32,000 bases of DNA, taken from the NCBI GenBank assembly GCA_016205145.1, contig JACQJH010000002.1, positions 1-32,000 on the forward strand. Reading direction: 5' to 3'. This document shows, in pieces, positions 24,175 to 32,000 of this stretch (positions within the stretch are counted from its first letter, which is position 1; the number at the start of each line of letters is the position of its first letter). The notes under the pieces are model-generated. The model did no database searches and was not told where the DNA came from. It saw nothing but the letters and a program-made list of their open reading frames with translations. Made by a program: the position numbers and the translations under genes. This DNA is from Candidatus Iainarchaeum sp. (GTDB lineage Archaea > Iainarchaeota > Iainarchaeia > Iainarchaeales > JACQJH01).

Positions 24175-25407
24175 ATGCCCGGATTTGACTGGAAAAAGAT
24201 TGCGTTGCTGTTGGCGATTGTCGGCCCCGGCATAATCACTGCCGCTGTCGACAACGACGCGCCCGGCATTGCAACCTATTCGGTTGCCGGCGCAAACTTC
24301 GGCTTTTCATTCATGTGGACGCTTATTCCGATTGCGGTTATACTGATTATAATCCAGGAAATGAGCGCCAGGCTTGCGATTGTCACGGGAAAGGGCCTCG
24401 GCGACCTTATACGGGAGCAGTTCGGCCTCAAGCTGACTTTTTTCCTTATGCTCGGCCTTGTGCTCACGAACATTGCTAATACCATTGCACAGTTTGCTGG
24501 CATCAGCGCGTCCGCGGAAATTTTCGGTGTGAGCAAGTATGTCGCCGTTCCGCTTGCCGCGATTTTCGTCTGGATTCTCATAACCAAAGGCACTTACAAG
24601 TCGGTTGAAAAGGCGTTCCTGCTTGCAACCGTTTTTTACCTGACATATGTCGTGGTCGGCCTGACTGCAAAGCCGGACTGGAATGCCATAGTGCCGACGC
24701 TTTTCCAGCCGCAAATGCGGTTTGACATGGATTTCCTGCTCATGCTTACCGCGCTCGTCGGCACAACGATTGCGCCGTGGATGCAGTTTTACATCATGGC
24801 TGCGATTGTCGAAAAGGGAATCAGGAAGGAGGACCTGAAGTACACGAAGATTGACGTCGTGGCGGGCAGCATTATCACGCTCATAATCGCATTTTTCATC
24901 ATAATGGTTACTGCAGTCGTCCTGCACTCCAACGGCATGAGGGTTGAAACAGCGGAGGATGCGGCCATGGCCCTTGCGCCTGTTGCAGGGGAATACGCTT
25001 CAAGGCTTTTTGCTTTCGGACTGCTTTCCGCCTCGCTTTTTGCCGCTGCGATTCTGCCTCTCGCCACGGCATTCTACCTGTCGGAGGCTTTCGGCTGGGA
25101 GCACGGCGTCGACAAGAAGTTTTCCGAGGCACCGTATTTTTACACGGCTTTCACTGCGACCATCGCGGTTAGCGCGCTTGTCATTATGCTGCCGGGCATA
25201 CCGTTGATACCGCTCATGGTGGCATCGCAGGCAATGAACGGGCTGCTTCTGCCGGCAGTCCTGATCCTGATGCTGTTGCTTGTCAATGACAGGAAACTCA
25301 TGGGCCCGTATGCCAATTCATGGAAGTCAAACCTTGTTGCGGGCCTGTGTTCGGCAATGCTCGTGCTCATGTCATTGTTCCTTGCCGCAAGCGTTTTTTT
25401 CAGGTGA
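24175..25407 (+). CDS. NRAMP/SLC11-family transporter with non-canonical metal-site residues (NRMT-like, possible Mg2+ transporter)
   Basis: NRAMP hallmarks GPGIITAAVDND.PGIAT and QEMSARLAIVTGKGL; about 11 hydrophobic helices. TM1 reads D28-A-P-G31 where canonical members have DPGN. TM6 reads T197-T-I-A200-P-W where canonical members have A-x-x-M-P-H. Confidence 0.85.
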   Translation: MPGFDWKKIALLLAIVGPGIITAAVDNDAPGIATYSVAGANFGFSFMWTLIPIAVILIIIQEMSARLAIVTGKGLGDLIREQFGLKLTFFLMLGLVLTNIANTIAQFAGISASAEIFGVSKYVAVPLAAIFVWILITKGTYKSVEKAFLLATVFYLTYVVVGLTAKPDWNAIVPTLFQPQMRFDMDFLLMLTALVGTTIAPWMQFYIMAAIVEKGIRKEDLKYTKIDVVAGSIITLIIAFFIIMVTAVVLHSNGMRVETAEDAAMALAPVAGEYASRLFAFGLLSASLFAAAILPLATAFYLSEAFGWEHGVDKKFSEAPYFYTAFTATIAVSALVIMLPGIPLIPLMVASQAMNGLLLPAVLILMLLLVNDRKLMGPYANSWKSNLVAGLCSAMLVLMSLFLAASVFFR

Positions 25408-25458
25408 CTCCAAAAGCCGGGGAAAGGTTTTTTACCGGTTGCACAGCAGATCATATCT

Positions 25459-25593
25459 ATGGCATCCGACTACGCTTTTTATTTGCAGTTGTTCGCATTG
25501 GCAATAGCTTTCCTTGCGGGATTTTTTATCGGAAGGCTGTCTATGGCGGTGCAGGTCGCCTCATTGAGGTCGGCGGCAAAACCCGGCAAGTGA
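25459..25593 (+). CDS. Possible 44-aa single-pass membrane mini-protein (below the ORF-track cutoff)
   Basis: Hand translation: MASDYAFYLQLFALAIAFLAGFFIGRLSMAVQVASLRSAAKPGK*. One clear hydrophobic helix plus a basic tail. Lies 51 nt downstream of the NRAMP gene. No RBS or homology support. Confidence 0.25.
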   Translation: MASDYAFYLQLFALAIAFLAGFFIGRLSMAVQVASLRSAAKPGK

Positions 25594-25595
25594 CC

Positions 25596-26483
25596 TCAGT
25601 CTTTTTGAAGGGTTTTTGTCACTGCCCAGTCCACAAGGTCCTCGGCAACGCCGAGCAGATGGCTTTTTATCCTCGCCTTGCCGTGGCCCTTCATGCCGGT
25701 CGCGTGGATTTCCGGCAGGCCATCCACAAGGTCTATGAATTGTGCGGCGCGCTCGACGTTCAGGCCGGTTTTTTCGCTCCCGGTTTCCTCAAACATTCCT
25801 TTCAGGCAGTCTATGACCGGCAGCAGCTGCCCAAGGTATTTCCTGTCGGATTTTTCAAGCAGGATTATGTGGTCGGCGGCGCTTTCAAGATTTTTGGAAA
25901 CGCGTGAAATATAATGCAGGTCAATGGCCCTTATTTTCTGCTGCTGGCTGTCGGAAAGCGAGGAAATTATCGCCTTTTCTATCAGCACCTTTTTCCTGTC
26001 GATTTCCTCCTCGTGCTTTTCGATTATGTTCCGGTCGAAGCCTCCGGTCATAACCAAAACCATCGTCCTTATGCGCTGCACCATTGTGCGGAGCGTTGCA
26101 AGCGGGCTTTCAATGGTTATTGTCGACTCGCATGAAACCGAATTTTTTCCGATTTCAATGAGCTCTATGCCGAAAAGCCCTTTTTTTGAAAGCAGGCCTT
26201 CAAGCTTCGGCGGATTCCTGATTCGTATCCTGAAAGATTTCGCGGGGTTGACATAGCAGGCCATGACGAGCTTTTCAAGCGCGCCGATGCTGCATTTTTC
26301 CAGGTTTATTGAGATGCTGCGTGAAGGCCGTTCCGCGGCGCCAGAACTGATGATCAGCGAGCCGTCGGCCGATTCCTCGGCGGCTATTTTGGATGAAGCC
26401 CCCACGCCATGCTTCCTGCACCACGCCGTGGGCAGGTAAACATAGAACATGTTGCCGCTTTTCTGGACATTCCGGACCGGCAT
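25596..26483 (-). CDS. AbrB/SpoVT-domain plus PhoU-like regulator (archaeal phosphate-uptake-regulator type)
   Basis: N-terminal swapped-hairpin-like NVQKSGNMFYVYLPTAWCRKHGV. PhoU-like helices HEEEIDRKKVLIEK and ISRVSKNLESAADHI. Confidence 0.7.
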   Translation of the reverse strand: MPVRNVQKSGNMFYVYLPTAWCRKHGVGASSKIAAEESADGSLIISSGAAERPSRSISINLEKCSIGALEKLVMACYVNPAKSFRIRIRNPPKLEGLLSKKGLFGIELIEIGKNSVSCESTITIESPLATLRTMVQRIRTMVLVMTGGFDRNIIEKHEEEIDRKKVLIEKAIISSLSDSQQQKIRAIDLHYISRVSKNLESAADHIILLEKSDRKYLGQLLPVIDCLKGMFEETGSEKTGLNVERAAQFIDLVDGLPEIHATGMKGHGKARIKSHLLGVAEDLVDWAVTKTLQKD

Positions 26484-26498
26484 GAAAACCTAAATAGT

Positions 26499-26524
26499 TG
26501 CTAAATGTTAGCATTTATAATATT
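26499..26524 (-). promoter_or_regulatory. TATA box plus palindromic operator candidate immediately upstream of the AbrB-PhoU gene
   Basis: On the minus strand, ttataaat is followed by the palindrome TGCTAA-N3-TTAGCA (26499-26513), which ends 15 nt before the ATG at 26483. This geometry fits a leaderless transcript with an operator over the start site. Confidence 0.45.
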
Positions 26525-27863
26525 AGTTCCGTCTGGTTTTTGGCCTTTTTCCCGGCCCGGCGGACCCGTTCGTGCCCCCGACCACCACTTTGTCCACGAG
26601 CTTTTCGCGTTTTTCCTCTTCCCTTGCCGCCTGTTCGGGCATGGACTGGTGCGAATAGAAAACGCCCGCGCTCGTCGTGATATTGGTGAAAATTATTATC
26701 AGGAAAACAAGCTGGCTTATTTCCTGTGCATGGCCGTTGACATCAACGCCGATTGAAAGCGGATATGTCGCCAGCACCGCGGCGGCGAGGCCGCGCGCCA
26801 TCAGCGACACTATCACGGTTTTGTCGGCTTCCAGCTGCCTGTTCAAAAAGATCAGAACCTTCGCCGCAATGAGCCTTGCCGAGCCGATGAGCACGACAAG
26901 GAATGCCGCAGCCAGCAGGGAAAATACCGTGAATGAGTTCAGGTCGGTTATTATGCCGAGATAGATGAAAAAGAACGTTTTAACGAAAAACGCTATTTCG
27001 GACTGGAAAAGCTTTATGTTGGCGTCGATTTCGATTTCCCGCATTTTGAGGAAGCCCATTATTTCCTTTGAATTGCCGAGGACCATGCCGAAGACCAGCG
27101 CCGCGACCGCGCCGTTTCCCTTGGCGTATTCAACGACAACGTAAATGGCGAAAAGGGTTGCGATTGTCAGCAGGTACTGGTATTCCTTTATGCTGCCATT
27201 GAAATCGCGCAGTATTTTCAGCCATGCTATGCCGGATACGGCGCCGACAAAGCCGGCTATCGCGAACGCCCCGAGAATAGACTGCATGACCACCTGGAAA
27301 TCAATGCTCTTTGACACAATTATCTGGATAATCGTTATCGCGGCAATCACGCACAGAGCATCCGTTATGGTTGATTCAAGAGCCAGCATTGTCTTTGTTT
27401 CGTCCCTTGCAGTGGTTTTTTTCACTATTGGCACGATTATCGTGGAGCATGTGCCGCCTATTATCGCGCCGACAAGCAGGCCCACAAGTATGGGCCAGCC
27501 AAGGACGAAAAAGAATGCCGCGACAAACAGGAGCGTGATGACAAACGTCATGATGGTGAAAAGGGTTGCCCGGCTTATTTCCCTGAGGACATTCTGGAAA
27601 TTCAGGTGAAGGCCGCCCTCAAAAAGCATTATTATGAGCGCCAGGGATGCGAAAAACGGCGTGATGTCGCGAAGGAAGGATATTGTTGCCTGGTCAAAAA
27701 TGTTCAGCACCGGGCCCGCAAGCAGCCCTATTGCCAAAAGCAGTATGAAATCCGATACCCTGGTCCGTTTGAAAATTATCTGCCCGAAAAAACCCGAAAG
27801 GATTATTATCGAAATGAAAAGGAACGAAGTTATGACATCAACCATGCGAATCTCTCCGGGCAA
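26523..27863 (-). CDS. Cation:proton antiporter (CPA1, NhaP-type Na+/H+ exchanger), paralog A
   Basis: 446 aa, polytopic. N-terminal SGFFGQIIFKRTRVSDFILLLAIGLLAGP and IMLFEGGLHLNF motifs typical of Na+/H+ exchanger family proteins. Confidence 0.85.
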   Translation of the reverse strand: MPGEIRMVDVITSFLFISIIILSGFFGQIIFKRTRVSDFILLLAIGLLAGPVLNIFDQATISFLRDITPFFASLALIIMLFEGGLHLNFQNVLREISRATLFTIMTFVITLLFVAAFFFVLGWPILVGLLVGAIIGGTCSTIIVPIVKKTTARDETKTMLALESTITDALCVIAAITIIQIIVSKSIDFQVVMQSILGAFAIAGFVGAVSGIAWLKILRDFNGSIKEYQYLLTIATLFAIYVVVEYAKGNGAVAALVFGMVLGNSKEIMGFLKMREIEIDANIKLFQSEIAFFVKTFFFIYLGIITDLNSFTVFSLLAAAFLVVLIGSARLIAAKVLIFLNRQLEADKTVIVSLMARGLAAAVLATYPLSIGVDVNGHAQEISQLVFLIIIFTNITTSAGVFYSHQSMPEQAAREEEKREKLVDKVVVGGTNGSAGPGKRPKTRRN

Positions 27864-27898
27864 TATCTAATAGTGGTTCCAGGATTAAAATTTTCTGG

Positions 27899-29209
27899 TT
27901 AAAGCGGCTCCAACTGCATTTCCTTTGCCGTCCGGCCAGGCCCTACAATCACTTCCGAAACAAGCCCGTTTTTGCTGTCTGCATTCACGGGAACCCCGGA
28001 TTTCTGGCGCGAATTCAGGTAAAACACCCCGGCCATCGCGACGACATTTGTCAGGATTATTGCGATGAAAGTCAGGCGGATTATGGCAGGGCCGAATTCC
28101 CCCAAATCGACTCCGGCGGAAACTACGTATGTTGCCAGCACGGCAGTGGCGAGGCCGCGCGCCATCAGCGACACTATCGCAGTCTTGTCCGCCTGCAGTT
28201 CCCTGTTGAACCGGGCAACAACCTCTGTCGCGGCAACCCTCGCCAGCACCAGGAACACGACGATTGAAACGCCGAGGGCAATCAAAAGCGGCGTAAACTC
28301 GCCGGGGTCGATTATTATTCCAAGGTAGACGAAAAAAAACGTTTTGATGAAAAACGCTATTTCGGACTGGAAAAGCTTTATGTTGGCATCAATCACTGTT
28401 TCCTTCATGCCCAATGCGGCGGTTATTTCCCTGGAATTGCCGAGAATCAGGCCAAAAACCAAAACCGCTATCGGGCCGTTGCCCTTGGCGTATTCTGCAA
28501 AGAAATAGAGGACGAAAAGAACTGAAATTGTCAGCAGATACTGGTATGGTTTCACTGTTTCCCTGTGGTCGCGCAGTATTTTCAGCCAAAAAATGCCTGC
28601 ATAGGCGCCGAGAAACGCGGCAACCGCGAAAGCCGCAAGTATTCCCTGGAATATGCCCTGCACGTCAAGGCTCCTTGAAACCATTATCTCCAGTATGGCT
28701 ATCGCCGAAACAAGGCAGAATGCGTCGTTTATAGTGGACTCCAGAAAAATCATAGTCTTTGTTTCATTGGATGCGCGCAGGCCCTTCAGCATCGGAATTA
28801 TTATTTCCGCGCTCGTTCCCCCGAGCACCGCGCCAACCAGAAGGCTCACAAGCAGAGGCCAGCCGAAAGCCGACAGTATGCCGGCGACCAAAAAAAGCGT
28901 GAAAACGAAAACAAGGAAAGTGAAAAGCGTCGCCCTGCCTATTTCGCGCAGAACCTGCCTGAAGTTGAGGCCCATGCCGCCTTCAAACAGCATGAAAATC
29001 AGCGCGAGAGAGGCGAAAAACGGCGCAATGCCCCTCAAAAAGATTACTGTCGCATTGTCAAAAAAATGGAGCACGGGGCCGAGCAGAAGGCCGATTGCCA
29101 TGAGCAGGAGAAAGTCCGAAATGCCGGTCCGCCGGAAAAACGCCTGGGCAAAAAAACCCGAAAAAATCACCAATGCGAGGAAAAAGAACGCGGTTAAAAC
29201 GTCGGTCAT
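27899..29209 (-). CDS. Cation:proton antiporter (CPA1, NhaP-type), paralog B
   Basis: 436 aa, collinear with paralog A along its whole length (SGFFAQAFFRRTGISDFLLLMAIGLLLGP, FMLFEGGMGLNF). Shares a 39-nt identical DNA stretch with paralog A. Confidence 0.85.
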   Translation of the reverse strand: MTDVLTAFFFLALVIFSGFFAQAFFRRTGISDFLLLMAIGLLLGPVLHFFDNATVIFLRGIAPFFASLALIFMLFEGGMGLNFRQVLREIGRATLFTFLVFVFTLFLVAGILSAFGWPLLVSLLVGAVLGGTSAEIIIPMLKGLRASNETKTMIFLESTINDAFCLVSAIAILEIMVSRSLDVQGIFQGILAAFAVAAFLGAYAGIFWLKILRDHRETVKPYQYLLTISVLFVLYFFAEYAKGNGPIAVLVFGLILGNSREITAALGMKETVIDANIKLFQSEIAFFIKTFFFVYLGIIIDPGEFTPLLIALGVSIVVFLVLARVAATEVVARFNRELQADKTAIVSLMARGLATAVLATYVVSAGVDLGEFGPAIIRLTFIAIILTNVVAMAGVFYLNSRQKSGVPVNADSKNGLVSEVIVGPGRTAKEMQLEPL

Positions 29210-29221
29210 TCCATACCAGCC

Positions 29222-30187
29222 TCAAATCAGCGCTGTTTGCCCGTAAACGAACAGGGCGACAAACGCAATATACCCCAAAATCAGCAGGACGCCTTCCCTT
29301 TTTCCGAAGCTTCGCTTTACCTGCAGGAAATACAGCAGGCTGATGTTCGCTATCACCGAAAACACTATGAGACGCATGTAATTCGAGACCGCGTAAACCG
29401 GCGCTATCAGCAGGGATATTCCCAAAACAAGCGAGAGATTGACTATGCAGCTTCCTATGACATTGCCCACCGCCAGAGAATAATGTTTTTCCCTGACCGA
29501 GAGTATGCTGATGGAAAGTTCCGGCAGGGTTGTGCCGACTGCAATCAGCGTTGCGCCGATGAGCGTCTGGGAAAGGCCGGCAATTTTTGAAATTTCAATC
29601 GTGGAATTCACCGCAATCTGGGCGCCCAGTATGACCGCCGCTGTCGAGACCGTGAACAGCAAAAGCTCCTTCGGAAGGCCGCGGCCATGGAATTTTTTGG
29701 GTTCCTCGACCTCGATTTTGTGCTTTTTCGTAAGCGTGGTGAAAACGTAAAACAGGAAAATTATTATGAAAAAAATGCCCGTCCACCTTCCCGGATTATA
29801 CAGCAGAAGAAGCAGGGACATAAGCGACGTTCCCAGCAGGATGAGCGTGAGATTGCGCAGGGTTTCGGGGTTTATCACAATCGTGGCAAAAATCGCGGTT
29901 GCGCCCAGGACAAGGGCAACGTCTGCAATGTTGGCGCCGAAAACTGTTCCGAATGCGAGGTCGGAACCGTGATTGACCGACGCAATCACGGAAACGACAA
30001 GTTCCGGAAGCGATGTTGAAAGCGAAACCAGCAGGAAGCCAATCGTAAGCTCGCTCACGTGTATCCGCGCGGCTAGCTGTACGGCATACTTTATGACAAA
30101 CTGCGATGCCTTGTAGATTACCGCAAGCGAGCCGGCGAGCAGCAGCAGGTTCAAAATCAGTGGGCTTAAGGGCATTTTAACCGCCAT
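29222..30187 (-). CDS. Ca2+/cation antiporter (CaCA family, NCX/YrbG-like)
   Basis: Two alpha-repeat signatures: LLVSLSTSLPELVVSV and LIAVGTTLPELSISI. About 10 TM helices. Confidence 0.85.
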   Translation of the reverse strand: MAVKMPLSPLILNLLLLAGSLAVIYKASQFVIKYAVQLAARIHVSELTIGFLLVSLSTSLPELVVSVIASVNHGSDLAFGTVFGANIADVALVLGATAIFATIVINPETLRNLTLILLGTSLMSLLLLLYNPGRWTGIFFIIIFLFYVFTTLTKKHKIEVEEPKKFHGRGLPKELLLFTVSTAAVILGAQIAVNSTIEISKIAGLSQTLIGATLIAVGTTLPELSISILSVREKHYSLAVGNVIGSCIVNLSLVLGISLLIAPVYAVSNYMRLIVFSVIANISLLYFLQVKRSFGKREGVLLILGYIAFVALFVYGQTALI

Positions 30188-30316
30188 GCGTTCTGGTCTT
30201 TTATTTTAAGTGTTTTGTGATTAATAATGTTTCTTGCAATGCAGCCCGAAAAGCCACATGGAAGCATGCGCGCAGCCCCTGCCATGCAGGTGCCGCGGCG
30301 TTTTCTTTCCGCAAAC

Positions 30317-31585
30317 ATGGAATTCGCTCTCGTTCTGGCGTTCTTCGCGGTTTTCGCCCTGCTGTTCTTCAAGCCGACAATTTCATCGGGCGACCCGTAC
30401 GGCTACTTTGCCGTTCTGCAGGGCATTGCAAGGGATGGAACGCTTGATTTTCAAAAACAGCACGATTTTGCGCAATCCATGGGCCAGACTACCTTGCAAT
30501 TCAACGAAACCACGAAAAAATTCGTTTCAAAGTTTGCCTTCGGCTGGCCGCTCATTGCCCTGCCAGCCTACCTTGTCGCATTGTTCCTTTCAAACTTCTG
30601 GATTTTCCATGTCAAGGATGCGTTTTTCATGCAAACCGCTGGCGCCCTGCTAGTGGAACAGCTTGCAGTGACGCTCACAACGCTTGCATTGTTTTTCTCG
30701 ACCCTGCTGCTGGTTTATCTTTCGCTCAAAAAACTGGGCTTCGGAAAAAGGCTGTCCGCATTCTCGGTTTTTGCCGCGGGCATTTCAACGCCGATCCTGC
30801 TGTATTACTCTTTCCTCGCAAGCTCGCCGCACGTTGCAGAGGCGTTCCTGTTTTCGCTCGTGATTTTCATTTCGGTTTCAGGAAAACTCGAAGCCAAGAA
30901 GCCGGCAATGCTGTCGGGATTTTTTCTTGGCCTGCTCGCCGCAGTAAGGTATCCGGGCATTCTTTGCGCGGCATTCTTTTTAGGTGAAAAACCCAAAACC
31001 CTTGCAAGAATTTTTTTGGGCGCAGTGCCCATGCTCCTGCTCCTTGCATTGTACCAGCAGGCGCAGTTCGGAAGCATTTTTTCCACGGGCTACACTTCGG
31101 ACCCGGCAGGCTTTTCCGCATTTCCCGCCTTCGCCATTCCGATGATTTTTGACAGGGATTTCGGAATACTGTTCTGGTCGCCCATGCTCCTGTTCGGGTT
31201 TGCGGGCCTGTTCTTGCTTGAAGACAAGAACATTGCAAAAAAACTGCTCGCGTCATTTCTGGCAGTCTTCCTGTTTTACGCCTTTTGGCCGAGCTGGAAC
31301 GCTGGCTGGAGCTACGGCAACAGGTTCCTGGTCGTGCTGTTTCCCGCCATCGCAATAGGCATTGCCGCCCTGCTGAAAAAATATTCAAAAATGCGTTCCG
31401 TTGTCTGCCTGCTGTGCATTTATTCCCTGCTTGTTGCACTGCTTTTCATCGCCTCAAGCGGGCACATCGAGCCGAACTTCTTTTCACGCCAGGCGGATTT
31501 CTGGTTTGCGCAGGGAAAAATCTTGAGCCTGCCGCAGATGCTGTTCGAAAAGCTCAGCGTTGTGCGGTTCTTTCTGGAAAAATAG
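30317..31585 (+). CDS. Polytopic membrane protein, GT-C (ArnT/PMT-like) glycosyltransferase candidate
   Basis: First-loop motif SSGDPYGYFAVLQGIARDGTLDF, later FGILFWSPMLLF and WSYGNRFL motifs reminiscent of GT-C enzymes; 10 or more hydrophobic helices. ATG 30317 preferred over 30227 because it leaves room for a promoter (cttttattttaag at about 30198-30210). Confidence 0.55.
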   Translation: MEFALVLAFFAVFALLFFKPTISSGDPYGYFAVLQGIARDGTLDFQKQHDFAQSMGQTTLQFNETTKKFVSKFAFGWPLIALPAYLVALFLSNFWIFHVKDAFFMQTAGALLVEQLAVTLTTLALFFSTLLLVYLSLKKLGFGKRLSAFSVFAAGISTPILLYYSFLASSPHVAEAFLFSLVIFISVSGKLEAKKPAMLSGFFLGLLAAVRYPGILCAAFFLGEKPKTLARIFLGAVPMLLLLALYQQAQFGSIFSTGYTSDPAGFSAFPAFAIPMIFDRDFGILFWSPMLLFGFAGLFLLEDKNIAKKLLASFLAVFLFYAFWPSWNAGWSYGNRFLVVLFPAIAIGIAALLKKYSKMRSVVCLLCIYSLLVALLFIASSGHIEPNFFSRQADFWFAQGKILSLPQMLFEKLSVVRFFLEK

Positions 31586-31600
31586 CGTTGCCTTGAAAAA

Positions 31601-32000
31601 TTACTTGCTTATGGCATTCTGCCTCAGCAGATGGTCTGCCAGAACAATTGCAACCATTGCCTCTGCAATAGGCCCGGCGCGCGGCGCAACGCACGGGTCG
31701 TGCCTGCCGAGAACTGAGATTTTTGCGTTCCTTCCCATGTCGTCGACTGTCGACTGCGCTTTTGCAATCGAGGACGGCGGCTTTACCACAAACCTCAAAA
31801 CAATGTCCTGCCCGGTTGAAATGCCGCCGAGAATGCCGCCGGCATTGTTGGACTTGAATGAAACCTTTCCGCCTTTCATTTCAATCGCGTCGTTGCATTC
31901 GCTGCCCTTAAGCCTTGCGGCCCCGAAGCCCACGCCAATTTCCACGCCTTTCACGGCAGGCAAGGACATTATGGCTTTTGCCAGTTCCGCTTCAAGCTTG
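31601..32000 (-). CDS. aroC: Chorismate synthase, C-terminal part (N-terminus beyond the window)
   Basis: [16 protein letters not shown] and [13 protein letters not shown] motifs. The reading frame stays open to the window edge. Confidence 0.9.
   Translation of the reverse strand, partial: KLEAELAKAIMSLPAVKGVEIGVGFGAARLKGSECNDAIEMKGGKVSFKSNNAGGILGGISTGQDIVLRFVVKPPSSIAKAQSTVDDMGRNAKISVLGRHDPCVAPRAGPIAEAMVAIVLADHLLRQNAISK

Noticed and set aside
25320-25907. 195-aa plus-strand ORF
   Set aside because: Overlaps the 3' end of the NRAMP gene out of frame and is antisense to the PhoU-like gene. No motifs.
30227-30316. Longer start for the GT-C-like membrane protein
   Set aside because: It would leave only 39 nt for a divergent promoter. 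The extra 30 residues are non-hydrophobic and the first TM helix begins right after the ATG at 30317. Kept only as an alternative.

Overview
About 32 kb of moderately GC-rich chromosome. I read it as archaeal, probably an uncultured small-genome lineage, but that is inference. The grounds are a candidate eL41 mini-gene, A/T-rich TATA-like boxes 25-45 nt upstream of several starts, an AbrB-PhoU regulator, and zinc-ribbon forms of ThrC and NrdJ. Order of content: (1) an IS-type DDE transposase at the left edge. (2) A Cys-rich repeat lipoprotein divergent from a UbiA-prenyltransferase/GT2/GT4 operon. (3) An unlisted 42-codon eL41-like ORF and a roughly 200-nt GC-rich structured block ending in oligo-T, just upstream of thiM-thiE-thiL. 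(4) B12-dependent class II ribonucleotide reductase followed by a cob(I)alamin adenosyltransferase. (5) Three consecutive minus-strand secreted proteins: a 1629-aa S8 protease/FG-GAP/DUF2341/LamG giant, a tail-fibre-like protein with a 213-bp tandem duplication, and a protein of about 29% tyrosine. (6) thrB, an orphan gene and thrC, divergent from pdxS-pdxT. (7) A cation-homeostasis block: a PRC-barrel/MgtE-N/CBS soluble protein, an NRAMP homolog with non-canonical metal-site residues, an AbrB-PhoU regulator with a palindromic operator candidate, two tandem CPA1 antiporter paralogs and a CaCA exchanger. (8) A GT-C-like membrane protein and the 3' part of aroC running off the right edge. I saw no rRNA, tRNA or CRISPR array. 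Many long ORFs in the track are antisense shadows of well-supported genes and were rejected. All family assignments come from motif recognition by eye, with no database search.
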